Shown piece by piece: positions 8,759 to 17,038 of a DNA stretch of 34,429 nucleotides. The position numbers and the translations under genes were made by a program. Numbering within the stretch: the stretch's first letter is position 1; the number at the start of each line of letters is the position of its first letter. A model generated the notes under the pieces. That model made no database searches. It had not been told where the DNA came from and worked only from the letters and a program-made list of their open reading frames with translations. This stretch comes from Burkholderiales bacterium (GTDB lineage: Bacteria > Actinomycetota > Thermoleophilia > Gaiellales > Gaiellaceae), in NCBI GenBank assembly GCA_025935595.1, contig JAICUZ010000001.1, positions 1 through 34,429 of the forward strand, read 5' to 3'.

Positions 8759-9394
8759 CGGCACGATCGCACCGGCGTAGGCCGAGCGCGGCTCGAGGCA
8801 GTGGTTGATCGCCTCGAGGTGCACGACGGCGACGGTGCCGTCGAGTTGAGCGACCTCGGCGGCCGTCATCACGATCGGATCACCCTCGAGGAAACGAGCA
8901 CCGCCGCCGTTCACGATCGTCGCGCGCGGCCGGTACCGCTCGCGCGCTTCGTGCACTTCGTCGCAGAGAATCGTGTCGCCGGCGATATAGACGTCGTCGA
9001 CCACCCAGCCGGACACCGGCCCCATCGCGCGGCCGATCTCGCCGGTGCCGTGGTGCCCGCGCGTCATCGGGATGCCCGGATGGTGCGTCGACACGTTCGT
9101 ATGGCCGCGGCTCCGCAGCTCGTCGGCGCTCTCGGGCTGCGTCAGGACCGGCAGGTCGAGCGGCACGAGGTCGTCGAAGTGGTCACGGTGAAGGTGCGTG
9201 ACGATGCACAGGTCGACGCCGTCGAGCACCGCCTCGGCGGGCATCGGCAGCTCGACGAGCGGGTTCGGCTTCGGGTTCGGCGTGTTCTCGATCGGTGGGC
9301 TCGTCCCGGCTGCACGGAGCATCGGGTCGACGAGGATCCGGCCGTGACTCGAATCGAGCAGCAGCGTCGCGTTGCGGACGAGCTGGACCTTCAC
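8732..9394 (-). CDS. Metallo-beta-lactamase-fold hydrolase
   Basis: RNAT, LVDPML, THLHRDHFD metal motif, YIAGDT, VHLEAINHC; GTG overlaps the fabF stop. Confidence 0.9.
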   Translation of the reverse strand: MKVQLVRNATLLLDSSHGRILVDPMLRAAGTSPPIENTPNPKPNPLVELPMPAEAVLDGVDLCIVTHLHRDHFDDLVPLDLPVLTQPESADELRSRGHTNVSTHHPGIPMTRGHHGTGEIGRAMGPVSGWVVDDVYIAGDTILCDEVHEARERYRPRATIVNGGGARFLEGDPIVMTAAEVAQLDGTVAVVHLEAINHCLEPRSAYAGAIVPLDGEVLDL

Positions 9395-10617
9395 GCGCGC
9401 CCGAGCAGCACGCAGCCGTTGTGCCCGCCGAGCCCCATCGCGTTCGAGAGCGCCACCTCGACCTGCGCCTCGCGTGCGGTGTTCGGCACGTAGTCGAGAT
9501 CGCATTCCGGATCCGGGTCGCGGTAGTTGATCGTCGGCGGCAGCGTTCCGTCGTGGAGGGCAAGCGCGCACATGATCGCCTCGATTGCGCCCGCTGCTCC
9601 GAACGTGTGCCCCATCATCGACTTCGTCGACGAGACGGCGAGCTTGTAGGCGTGGTCGCCGAAGACGTCCTTGATCGCCCTCGTCTCGGCCGCGTCACCG
9701 AGCGGCGTGGAGGTGCCGTGCGCGTTGATGTAGCCGACGCGTTCCGGATCCACGTTCGCTCGCTCGAGTGCGCCGCGCATCATCGCCGCGACGCCTGTCG
9801 CCTCGGGCTCGGGCTGCGCCATGTGGTGCGCGTCGTTCGATGCGCCGTAGCCGAGCACCTCGGCGTAGATCTCCGCGCCGCGCCCCGCGGCGCGATCCCA
9901 GTCCTCGAGGAGAAGCGCTCCCGCGCCCTCCGACATGACAAAGCCCGCACGCGTCGCGTCGAACGGACGCGAGGCGTGCGGCGGGTGCTCGTCCTCGGCG
10001 GCGAGGCCGCGCATCGCGGTGAAGCCGGCGAGGATCAGCGGGACGATGCAGGACTCGGTGCCGCCGGCGAGCACCGCGTCCGCGGCGCCGCGCTTGATCA
10101 TCTCGGCCGCTTCGCCGACCGCGTGCGATCCGGTCGCGCACGCCGAGACGACGGCGTAGTTGGGGCCGGTGATCCCGAGCGAGATCGCGAGCTGGCCGGA
10201 GATCGAGTCGACGAGGACGTTGGGCAAGAAGTTCGGCGAGACGCGGTCCGGCCCGCGCTCGCGCAGGATGTCGTACTGCTCGAGGACGCCGGGAACTCCA
10301 CCGATCGCGGAGCCGAAGATGATCCCGATGCGCGCCGGGTCGAAGCCGTTGAGGTTCGCGTCGTCGAGCGCCTCGCGTCCGGCGGCGACACCGAGCAGGA
10401 CGTTGCGCTCGAGCTTGCGCGCTTCCTTCGGCGAGACCACGGTCGTCGGGTCGAATCCCTTCACCTCGCCGGCGACACGAACCGGCAGTCCGTCGGTGTC
10501 GAACGTGCTGATCCAGCCGATTCCGCTCTCGCCCGCGCACGCCGCGCGCCACGTCTCCTTGGCGTCGAGGCCGAGCGGCGACACGGCCCCGACTCCGGTG
10601 ATCGCGACTCGCTTCAC
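9391..10617 (-). CDS. fabF: Beta-ketoacyl-ACP synthase II
   Basis: Cys-His-His triad (SACATG, AHGTST, GHTFGAAG), RPFD..RAGFVMSEGAG, GLGGHN. Confidence 0.95.
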   Translation of the reverse strand: MKRVAITGVGAVSPLGLDAKETWRAACAGESGIGWISTFDTDGLPVRVAGEVKGFDPTTVVSPKEARKLERNVLLGVAAGREALDDANLNGFDPARIGIIFGSAIGGVPGVLEQYDILRERGPDRVSPNFLPNVLVDSISGQLAISLGITGPNYAVVSACATGSHAVGEAAEMIKRGAADAVLAGGTESCIVPLILAGFTAMRGLAAEDEHPPHASRPFDATRAGFVMSEGAGALLLEDWDRAAGRGAEIYAEVLGYGASNDAHHMAQPEPEATGVAAMMRGALERANVDPERVGYINAHGTSTPLGDAAETRAIKDVFGDHAYKLAVSSTKSMMGHTFGAAGAIEAIMCALALHDGTLPPTINYRDPDPECDLDYVPNTAREAQVEVALSNAMGLGGHNGCVLLGRA

Positions 10618-10618
10618 G

Positions 10619-10634
10619 CGGGCAACGTTACCCG
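10619..10634. promoter_or_regulatory. Palindrome CGGGCAACGTTACCCG over the putative fabF -10 element
   Basis: 16-bp dyad with one mismatched pair; contains minus-strand TAACGT 7 nt before the fabF GTG. Confidence 0.4.
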
Positions 10635-10685
10635 TGGGGTGCGCCCTTGACGGCGGTCGTCGGAGCGCGAGATCGTTCCCTCACG

Positions 10686-11447
10686 ATGAACCTTCCGGCC
10701 TTCCTCTGTCCTGCCCCGATCGCCGAGCGCAGGCCGGTCGACCCGGCCTCGGAGGCCGGCCGGTACGTCCGCACGTTCTTGATCCAGCGGATGATCATCG
10801 GCGTGCTGGGACTGACGCTGCCGGCGATGCTCGTCTTCGGCGACCACTACGTCCTGCACGGCGTGTTTGCGAACGACCCATTCCCGCGGGACTCCGAGAG
10901 CGCCTACTACTGGTCGGGGATGCGCGACTGGTTCGTGCTCACGGTCGCCACGACCGGGTTCTTCATGATTGCCTACAAGATCACCGAGAAGAACCTCGAC
11001 AACACGATCAGCATCCTCGGTGGTGTCGCGGCGATCGTCATCCCGCTCTTCCCGACCGCGCGCACCGGCGCGGAGGTCGCGCAGGGCGTCCCCGAGACGC
11101 CGGTGCAGAAGACGTTCGGAGGGGAGAAGGCCGTCCAGCACGTCCACTTCGCGGCGGCGGCTGTCTTCATCCTCGCGCTCGCCGGCGTGATCATCCTCTT
11201 CGGTCTCCGCGAGAGCGGCCGCCTCCCGCACGGGAGCAGATGGTCGCCGCGGTTCTGGCGCGACTACCACTTCACCTGCGCCGGTGTGGTCCTGGTCGCG
11301 TTCGTCTGGATCGTCGTCACCAATCACACCGGCAAGCCGCATTGGGCACTGCTCGCCGGCGAGACGGCGTGCGCGCTCGCGTTCGGGGCGTCGTGGTTCA
11401 TGAAAGGCTTCGAGATCGAGTACGTCCTCGGGCGGAACCGGCTGTGA
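10686..11447 (+). CDS. Multi-pass membrane hypothetical protein
   Basis: About 6 hydrophobic segments, SESAYYWSGMRD..V motif, strong codon bias. Start uncertain (10647 or 10686). Confidence 0.75.
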   Translation: MNLPAFLCPAPIAERRPVDPASEAGRYVRTFLIQRMIIGVLGLTLPAMLVFGDHYVLHGVFANDPFPRDSESAYYWSGMRDWFVLTVATTGFFMIAYKITEKNLDNTISILGGVAAIVIPLFPTARTGAEVAQGVPETPVQKTFGGEKAVQHVHFAAAAVFILALAGVIILFGLRESGRLPHGSRWSPRFWRDYHFTCAGVVLVAFVWIVVTNHTGKPHWALLAGETACALAFGASWFMKGFEIEYVLGRNRL

Positions 11448-11571
11448 TGGGATGAGGAAGAGTTGAAGGGCGGAACCCTCTAGGCAGATCGATGGTCTTC
11501 GAGCGGTTGACATGGGTCAGGCGACGCGCGATGCTCGGCCAGCGGCCTGGTTGTCTCGGGGAAGGGGAGCG

Positions 11572-12102
11572 ATGCAACGCGAGTGGGTTAGGTCGTTCGT
11601 GGCTGTTGCCGCCGCTAGTGCGCTCGTTGGCGCTGTGGCTTTCGCGAATCCGGCTTCAGCCAAGTCCCCTGTTCCACCCCTCGATGGGGTCATGGTGGTC
11701 ACGGGCCTCGGTAGTTCGTGCCCGGGCTTCGCGCCGTTCTTCCCTGGCGATTCGGTCGCCGACGACGGCACGGTCTGGTTCGGCAGCAGCGAGGTCACGT
11801 TTGACCCGGGTGAGTATCTCTGGTTTGGGTCGGTGAATTCGAACCCCGCAGGCGTGCTGAGAACAAACGGGACGGGCGTGCCTCCCGGCTATCCGGGATG
11901 GATGCCGACCAGCGATCACACGTACAAAGTGAGTGGCCACATCACAGGTCAAAGTGAGTTCAACATCTTTGACTTCGCTCGTCTGACGGTGACTCGCGAT
12001 GACGGCGCAAGGGTTGCCGGCGACGTACAGATTCAGGTCGAGATGAATCACGGAGTACTGGTGACGGGCTGGACTTCGCAGCCATCTTGTCGGCTTCGCT
12101 GA
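11572..12102 (+). CDS. Secreted hypothetical protein with atypical (lower-GC) codon usage
   Basis: AGGGGAG RBS, signal peptide ending in ASA, two Cys; upstream TTGACA-N17-GATGCT. Confidence 0.65.
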   Translation: MQREWVRSFVAVAAASALVGAVAFANPASAKSPVPPLDGVMVVTGLGSSCPGFAPFFPGDSVADDGTVWFGSSEVTFDPGEYLWFGSVNSNPAGVLRTNGTGVPPGYPGWMPTSDHTYKVSGHITGQSEFNIFDFARLTVTRDDGARVAGDVQIQVEMNHGVLVTGWTSQPSCRLR

Positions 12103-12172
12103 ATCGCCGACAACGTTTCGTCTGTCGCGTAAACGGAGGAGGGGCGGTCTAACTGTCGTCCTCTCTGCTTGG

Positions 12173-13216
12173 ATGGAAAACGTGGCCAAGTCGTCTAAAA
12201 CCGAGTATTTGCATGGAGTCATTCCCTTTCCGCCGATGGAGGCCGAGCTCGTCCGCGAGCTGCCCGAGGCAGACGGGTGGCAGTACGAGCCGAAATGGGA
12301 CGGCTTTCGCGGCGTGCTCGAGAACGTGGGTGGCGAGCTCGCGCTCTGGTCGCGGAACGAACGTCCGCTGCTCCGCTACTTCCCGGAGCTGCGCCCGCTG
12401 GGCGACCTGCTGCCGCCGTCGTCGGCGCTCGACGGCGAGATCGTGATCGCGCGCGACGGGGCGCTCGACTTCGACGCGATGCAGATGCGGCTGCACCCGG
12501 CCGAGTCGCGCATCCGGCGGTTGTCCGCGGAGATCCCGGCCGAGTATGTGGCGTTCGACATGCTCATGTGGGACGGCGAGCCTGAGTGGAAGCTTCCGCT
12601 CGACGAGCGGCGCGCCCGCGTCGAGGCGTTGACCGCTGGCGGATTCCGCGTGTCGCCGGCGACCCGTTCGATCGACGACGCGCGAGGCTGGCTCGAGCGG
12701 TTCGAGGCGCTCGGTTTGGACGGCGTCGTCGCGAAGCGCCTCGGTGTTCCGTACCTGCCGGGCTCGCGCGAGGGCATGGTGAAGGTGAAGGAGCACAAGT
12801 CGGCGGACTGCGTCGTCGTCGGGATCCGTTGGAAGGGCGAACGCGCGGCGATCGCGACGCTGCTGCTCGGGCTCTATCGCGACGACGGTGGGCTGGACTA
12901 CGTCGGCTCGGCAGCCGTCGCGGCGAAGACACGTGACGACGTCGCGAAGCGCGTGCTGCCGCTCTTGGACGAGACGTCGGACCGGCGGTTCTCCGAGCCG
13001 AACCGCTGGGGGACGGGGGAGCTCGAAGAGGCGGCGGTGAAGCCGGAGCTCGTCGTCGAGGTGCGGTACGACAAGGTGCAGGGCAGTCGCTTCCGCCACG
13101 GCACGAAGCTGCTGCGGTGGCGGGAGGACAAGGAGCCGAAGGACTGCACGTGGCGGGAGCTACGCCCGCCGCGCGACCCGAACGCGCCCGGCGTCGAGTC
13201 GCTGTTCGCGGGTTAG
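12173..13216 (+). CDS. ligC: ATP-dependent DNA ligase, LigC type
   Basis: EPKWDGFR adenylation motif, LDGEIV, YVAFD, DGVVAK, MVKVK, LLLGLY, C-terminal RFRH..WR.DK. The true start may be 12209 or 12236. Confidence 0.9.
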   Translation: MENVAKSSKTEYLHGVIPFPPMEAELVRELPEADGWQYEPKWDGFRGVLENVGGELALWSRNERPLLRYFPELRPLGDLLPPSSALDGEIVIARDGALDFDAMQMRLHPAESRIRRLSAEIPAEYVAFDMLMWDGEPEWKLPLDERRARVEALTAGGFRVSPATRSIDDARGWLERFEALGLDGVVAKRLGVPYLPGSREGMVKVKEHKSADCVVVGIRWKGERAAIATLLLGLYRDDGGLDYVGSAAVAAKTRDDVAKRVLPLLDETSDRRFSEPNRWGTGELEEAAVKPELVVEVRYDKVQGSRFRHGTKLLRWREDKEPKDCTWRELRPPRDPNAPGVESLFAG

Positions 13217-13452
13217 CGGAGGTCGTCGTCGGAGAAGAGCTCCTCGACGGTCGCGCCGAGCCGACCGGCGATCGCAAGTGCGAGGGAGACCGATGGGCGC
13301 GACCTACCCGACTCGATGGAAGCGATCGTCGCCCGCGACGCACGAACGGCGGTCGCGAGCTCCTGCTGGGTAAGTCCTTCGCGGAAGCGAAAGCTCCGGA
13401 CGAGCGTCCAATCGAAGCTGCGAACCGTGTGCGGCTTGGGACGAAGAGCCAC
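13213..13452 (-). CDS. XRE/Cro-family HTH regulator
   Basis: LTQQELATAVRASRATIASIESGRSRPSVSLALAIA...VEELF. Start uncertain (13452 or 13488). Confidence 0.8.
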   Translation of the reverse strand: MALRPKPHTVRSFDWTLVRSFRFREGLTQQELATAVRASRATIASIESGRSRPSVSLALAIAGRLGATVEELFSDDDLR

Positions 13453-13556
13453 CAAACCGACGTGGATACCGATCGGGTCGACTGTCACGCAAGGACGTTC
13501 GCTTGCGTTCCTGCAGCGCGCAAGTGTCCGTTTCGGCCCAGGCTCGGATGCGAAGC

Positions 13557-13583
13557 GCACCAGACGGTGCCTGGCACCAGACG
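13557..13583. repeat. REP-like palindrome GGTGCCTGGCACC within a GCACCAGACG direct repeat
   Basis: Palindrome at 13566-13578; GCACCAGACG at 13557-13566 and 13574-13583; intergenic. Confidence 0.55.
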
Positions 13584-13609
13584 TGGCCCGGAGCGCCTCG
13601 TCCGCGCAG

Positions 13610-14854
13610 CTACCTGACCGTCACGATCGCGCTGTAGGTGTGCTCGCCTGGGATCCACAGGCGGTAGCGCGCGCCTGGGGCCGCATTGACCACGCGCTTC
13701 AGATAGCCCCGCGCGGTCGTACGCCGGTCCGGTCCGACCCGGACCCACTTCCCCGCGTCGAACCGAAGCAGGCGGTACGTCGCAACGCCGCCCGGACGGA
13801 CTTGGCCCCACAACGTCGTCCTCCGACCGAGTCGTGACTGCTGCGTGAACGGGAAGCGCAGCGCCTGCAGCGCCGGCTTCGCACGGCCCGTCGCGCTGTA
13901 GACACCGCTCTGCCACCGCGCCGGGTCCGGCTCGTCCTTCAGCAGGTAGTGGATGAGCACATCGACCCGCGGCGCGTCGTACGCACACAGCGCGGCCTCG
14001 CTCGCGTACTTCGCCTGCGTCGCGTACGACACGCCGAGCAGCTTGTCGGGCGGGTTCGTCTGGTAGCCGTACTCCGTCAGCCAGATGCGTGTGTGGACGC
14101 CGAACGCCTTCTGCACGTCACGAAGCAGCCGGGGAAGCGTGGCCATCGTGATCGTCTCGCAGTGGTCGCAGCCGCCGCTCATCGGCGTCTCCCCTCGGCG
14201 CAGCGGATACGGGTTGTGTGCGTACGCGTCGAGTCGTGCGTGCGCCGCTGCCATTCCCGCGATCCAGTCGACCGGGGAGACGCCCCCCGTCGACCCGCGC
14301 GGAGCGCTCACCCCGCCGGCGACCTGTGAGCTCGGGCTCGCCGAGTGGATCGCGGCGTACGCCGGGTTCAGCAACTTCTTGACGTAGGTCGCCGGCGTCG
14401 TCGGCCGCAGCCAGCGGCGCTGGTTCGGCTCGTTCCACACCGTCCACATGTGCACGTACGGGTAGCGTTTCGCGACGTTTCGCGCGAAGGCGGCGAAGCT
14501 CGTCGTCGACACGGGCGCCCAGTTCTCCGCTCGCCCGCCGTTCGCCCATCCGGGGCTGCCGTAGAGTGTCACGAGCGGAGCGATGCCACGCGAGTGCAGC
14601 CCGTCGAGCAGGGCATCCGCACGCACCCAGTCGTACACGCCGGGGCGGGGCTCCGTCGCGCGCCAGTCGACCGTCACGCGCACGATGTCGACGCCGAGTG
14701 CGTCAAGTTGATCGAGACGGCCGTCGAGCGTCCCCGGCCCATATTCCAACCAGGCGTCGTCCTGCACCCCATACCGGATGTACGGGGATGCGTCGGCGAC
14801 CGCCGGTAGAGCAAGGAACGCGGCGAGAGCCGCGAGCACCACGATGCGCCGCAT
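13610..14854 (-). CDS. Secreted clan GH-A glycoside hydrolase (GH5/GH39-like)
   Basis: Signal peptide, acid/base WNEPN, nucleophile IWLTEYGY, AHNPY; C-terminal beta-rich domain. Confidence 0.85.
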   Translation of the reverse strand: MRRIVVLAALAAFLALPAVADASPYIRYGVQDDAWLEYGPGTLDGRLDQLDALGVDIVRVTVDWRATEPRPGVYDWVRADALLDGLHSRGIAPLVTLYGSPGWANGGRAENWAPVSTTSFAAFARNVAKRYPYVHMWTVWNEPNQRRWLRPTTPATYVKKLLNPAYAAIHSASPSSQVAGGVSAPRGSTGGVSPVDWIAGMAAAHARLDAYAHNPYPLRRGETPMSGGCDHCETITMATLPRLLRDVQKAFGVHTRIWLTEYGYQTNPPDKLLGVSYATQAKYASEAALCAYDAPRVDVLIHYLLKDEPDPARWQSGVYSATGRAKPALQALRFPFTQQSRLGRRTTLWGQVRPGGVATYRLLRFDAGKWVRVGPDRRTTARGYLKRVVNAAPGARYRLWIPGEHTYSAIVTVR

Positions 14855-14898
14855 GGGGCCACCGTACGGAGCGCAGTTGAGAGCGGTGTTAGGGGGAG

Positions 14899-15786
14899 TT
14901 ACGAATCCGATGGAGGCTCGACGTCGAGCTGGGCGAACCGGCGGCGGAGAGACGGCGGGTTCCGCCACATGCCGCGCATCGGATCGCCGACGTCTGCGAT
15001 CCGCGCCGCCATCGTCTCGAGCGTGAAGGCCCCGGGCTCGACTGCGGCGACTTCGTCCCAGAGGAGCGGTGCCGAGACGCGCGCGTCCGGGGTCGGACGC
15101 ACCGAGTACGCGGATGCGATCGTGCGGTCGCGCGCGTTCTGGCCGAAGTCGACGAACACACCGACGCGGTCCGCGACACGCCACGTCGTCGTCGCGATCG
15201 CCTGGTCGTCGATGCGCCGTTCGACCTCCATCGCGACGGCCTTGGCGAACCGGCGCACATCGGGGAAGAGCAGCTCCGGCTTGATCGGCGCGAGGATGTG
15301 CAGCCCCGTCGCGCCTGACGTCTTCGGATACGAGCGGAGCCCGAGCTCGTCCATTACCTCGTGCACGACGAGCGCGATCTCGCGCACGAACGACCACTGC
15401 CCGTCGGACGTCGGGTCGAGGTCGATCAGCAGGTAGTCAGGCCGCTCGATGTCCGGCACGCGCGAGTGCCACGTGTGCAACTCGATGCAGCCGAGGTTCG
15501 CGACCCACGCAAGCGCCTCGGCGTTGTCGACGATTGCGAACACGGTCGAGTGCCCGCTCGGGAACTGGACGAACACCTCGTCGACGAAGTCGGGATGCCT
15601 CGCAGGCACGCGCTTCTGGTGGAAGAACTCGCCTTCGACGCCGTCCGTGAATCGCTTCATGTGGAACGGCCGGCGGCGGAGATGGGGGAGAGCGAGCTCG
15701 GCGACGTCGACGTAGTAGGCGACGAGGTCGCCCTTGGTCAGGCCGCGCGCGGGGAAAAACGGCTTGTCGGGGTTCGTGACCTCCAT
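14899..15786 (-). CDS. Stand-alone LigD-type primase-polymerase (Prim-PolC-like)
   Basis: VTNPDK, LTKGDL..YY, FFHQK, IELHTW, LIDLDP, KTSGATGLH, VDFGQN...SAYSVR. Confidence 0.92.
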   Translation of the reverse strand: MEVTNPDKPFFPARGLTKGDLVAYYVDVAELALPHLRRRPFHMKRFTDGVEGEFFHQKRVPARHPDFVDEVFVQFPSGHSTVFAIVDNAEALAWVANLGCIELHTWHSRVPDIERPDYLLIDLDPTSDGQWSFVREIALVVHEVMDELGLRSYPKTSGATGLHILAPIKPELLFPDVRRFAKAVAMEVERRIDDQAIATTTWRVADRVGVFVDFGQNARDRTIASAYSVRPTPDARVSAPLLWDEVAAVEPGAFTLETMAARIADVGDPMRGMWRNPPSLRRRFAQLDVEPPSDS

Positions 15787-15806
15787 GGTCGGAGTATCGT
15801 GGAGAC

Positions 15807-16100
15807 GTGTTGGAAGGCCATCCGATCGCGAACGCGACGCTCGATCCACTCGACGACTACCTCGTCGTCGAGCAGCTCGACGAGTCCGAGCTGCCCAGCG
15901 GGTTGATCGTCCCCGCGAACGAGGCGACTCACGTGCGCAGCGGCATCGTCGCCGCGATCGGCCCCGACGTGACGATCGTCGAGCCCGGGGACAAGGTGCT
16001 GTTCCCCCGCGACGCCGGCTTCGAGGTCCGCCTCGCGCGTTCGTCACATCGCGTCCGCGTGCTCAAGCGCGAAGAAGTTATCGCCAGAATCCTCGACTAG
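15807..16100 (+). CDS. GroES/Cpn10-like co-chaperonin, with no adjacent groEL
   Basis: PLDDYLVV, mobile loop SGLIVP, GIVAAIGP, PGDKVLF, LKREEVIA. Confidence 0.8.
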   Translation: MLEGHPIANATLDPLDDYLVVEQLDESELPSGLIVPANEATHVRSGIVAAIGPDVTIVEPGDKVLFPRDAGFEVRLARSSHRVRVLKREEVIARILD

Positions 16101-16122
16101 CGCGGCTACACTGCCCCCGCTC

Positions 16123-16211
16123 GGAGGGGTGGCAGAGCGGTCGAATGCGGCGGTCTCGAAAACCGTTATCCGTCGCAAGGCGGATCGAGGGTTCAAATCC
16201 CTCCCCCTCCG
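16123..16211 (+). tRNA. tRNA-Ser (anticodon CGA), no encoded CCA
   Basis: GGAGGGG/CCCCTCC acceptor, GCGGT-CTCGAAA-ACCGT anticodon arm, long variable arm, GAGGG-TTCAAAT-CCCTC T arm; -10 TACACT at 16107-16112. Confidence 0.97.
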
Positions 16212-16219
16212 TTCGTTCG

Positions 16220-16250
16220 AGGTGTCTGACACCGACGGTGTCAGACACCT
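16220..16250. repeat. Tandem REP-like palindromes forming a 14-bp inverted repeat; possible bidirectional terminator
   Basis: AGGTGTCTGACACC-GAC-GGTGTCAGACACCT, between the tRNA and the convergent ABC permease stop. Confidence 0.75.
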
Positions 16251-16252
16251 TC

Positions 16253-17038
16253 CTAGAACCTGTCGAGGCTCCCTGCGCGGCGAGCGGATCGTTCGAAGTA
16301 GCGCAGCATCGCGACCCCGATCGTGAAGTAGACGGCACCGATGAGGGCTTCCTTCCCGACCGCACCGAGCGCGTCGTGCAGGGTGCCGCCGGCGGCGAGC
16401 GCTCTCGCGGCGCGAATGCCGTGGGTCAGAGGGATGTAGTTCGCGAGAACCTGAAGGCCGTCGGGGAGGCGTGCGAGGGGAACGTTGGCGCCGGTGACGA
16501 TCAGGAAGACGCCTGAAAGCGTGTCCGCGAACAGGCTGATCGAGCGCGTGCGGAATGCGAGCGATCCGATGCACAGGCCAAGACCGGCGCAGGCGAAGCA
16601 CGACGCGAGCAGAGCGACGGCGATGCCTGCGAGCCTGCCGGCAGCGATGTGCAGGTGAATCATCAACGCGGCGAGCGTGTACGAGAGTGCCGCGACGACG
16701 AACCCGTTCACGATTGCCGGAAGCGCGCGTCCCAGGAACAGCGCGAGCCGGCTGGCAGGGGAGGCGAGGAGCGTCGGCAGCGTCTGGTACCGGCGTTCAC
16801 CGCCGATCGACTGGCCCATCCCGAACATGCCGGCGACGGCAGCCGCGACGAAGGCGTTGCCGACGAGGAAGAAGGTGTCGTTCGCGGTGTCGGCCGCGCG
16901 GCCGAGGTAGACGAAGTACATCGTCTGGAACACCGGGTAGGCGACGAGGATCGACAGAAACGCCCACGGGTTGAGCCAGTTGAAGAGGGCGCGGTAGCTG
17001 GTCAAGCCGCCTGCGAAGAAAACGCGGAGGTTGTTCAT
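16253..17038 (-). CDS. ABC-2 type exporter permease
   Basis: About 6 TM helices, ERRYQTLPTLLASP, PLTHGIRAAR. Confidence 0.88.
   Translation of the reverse strand: MNNLRVFFAGGLTSYRALFNWLNPWAFLSILVAYPVFQTMYFVYLGRAADTANDTFFLVGNAFVAAAVAGMFGMGQSIGGERRYQTLPTLLASPASRLALFLGRALPAIVNGFVVAALSYTLAALMIHLHIAAGRLAGIAVALLASCFACAGLGLCIGSLAFRTRSISLFADTLSGVFLIVTGANVPLARLPDGLQVLANYIPLTHGIRAARALAAGGTLHDALGAVGKEALIGAVYFTIGVAMLRYFERSARRAGSLDRF

Noticed and set aside
281..16211. Integrative element at tRNA-Ser(TGA)
   Set aside because: No duplicate of the tRNA 3' end was seen downstream, and there is no integrase or phage gene.
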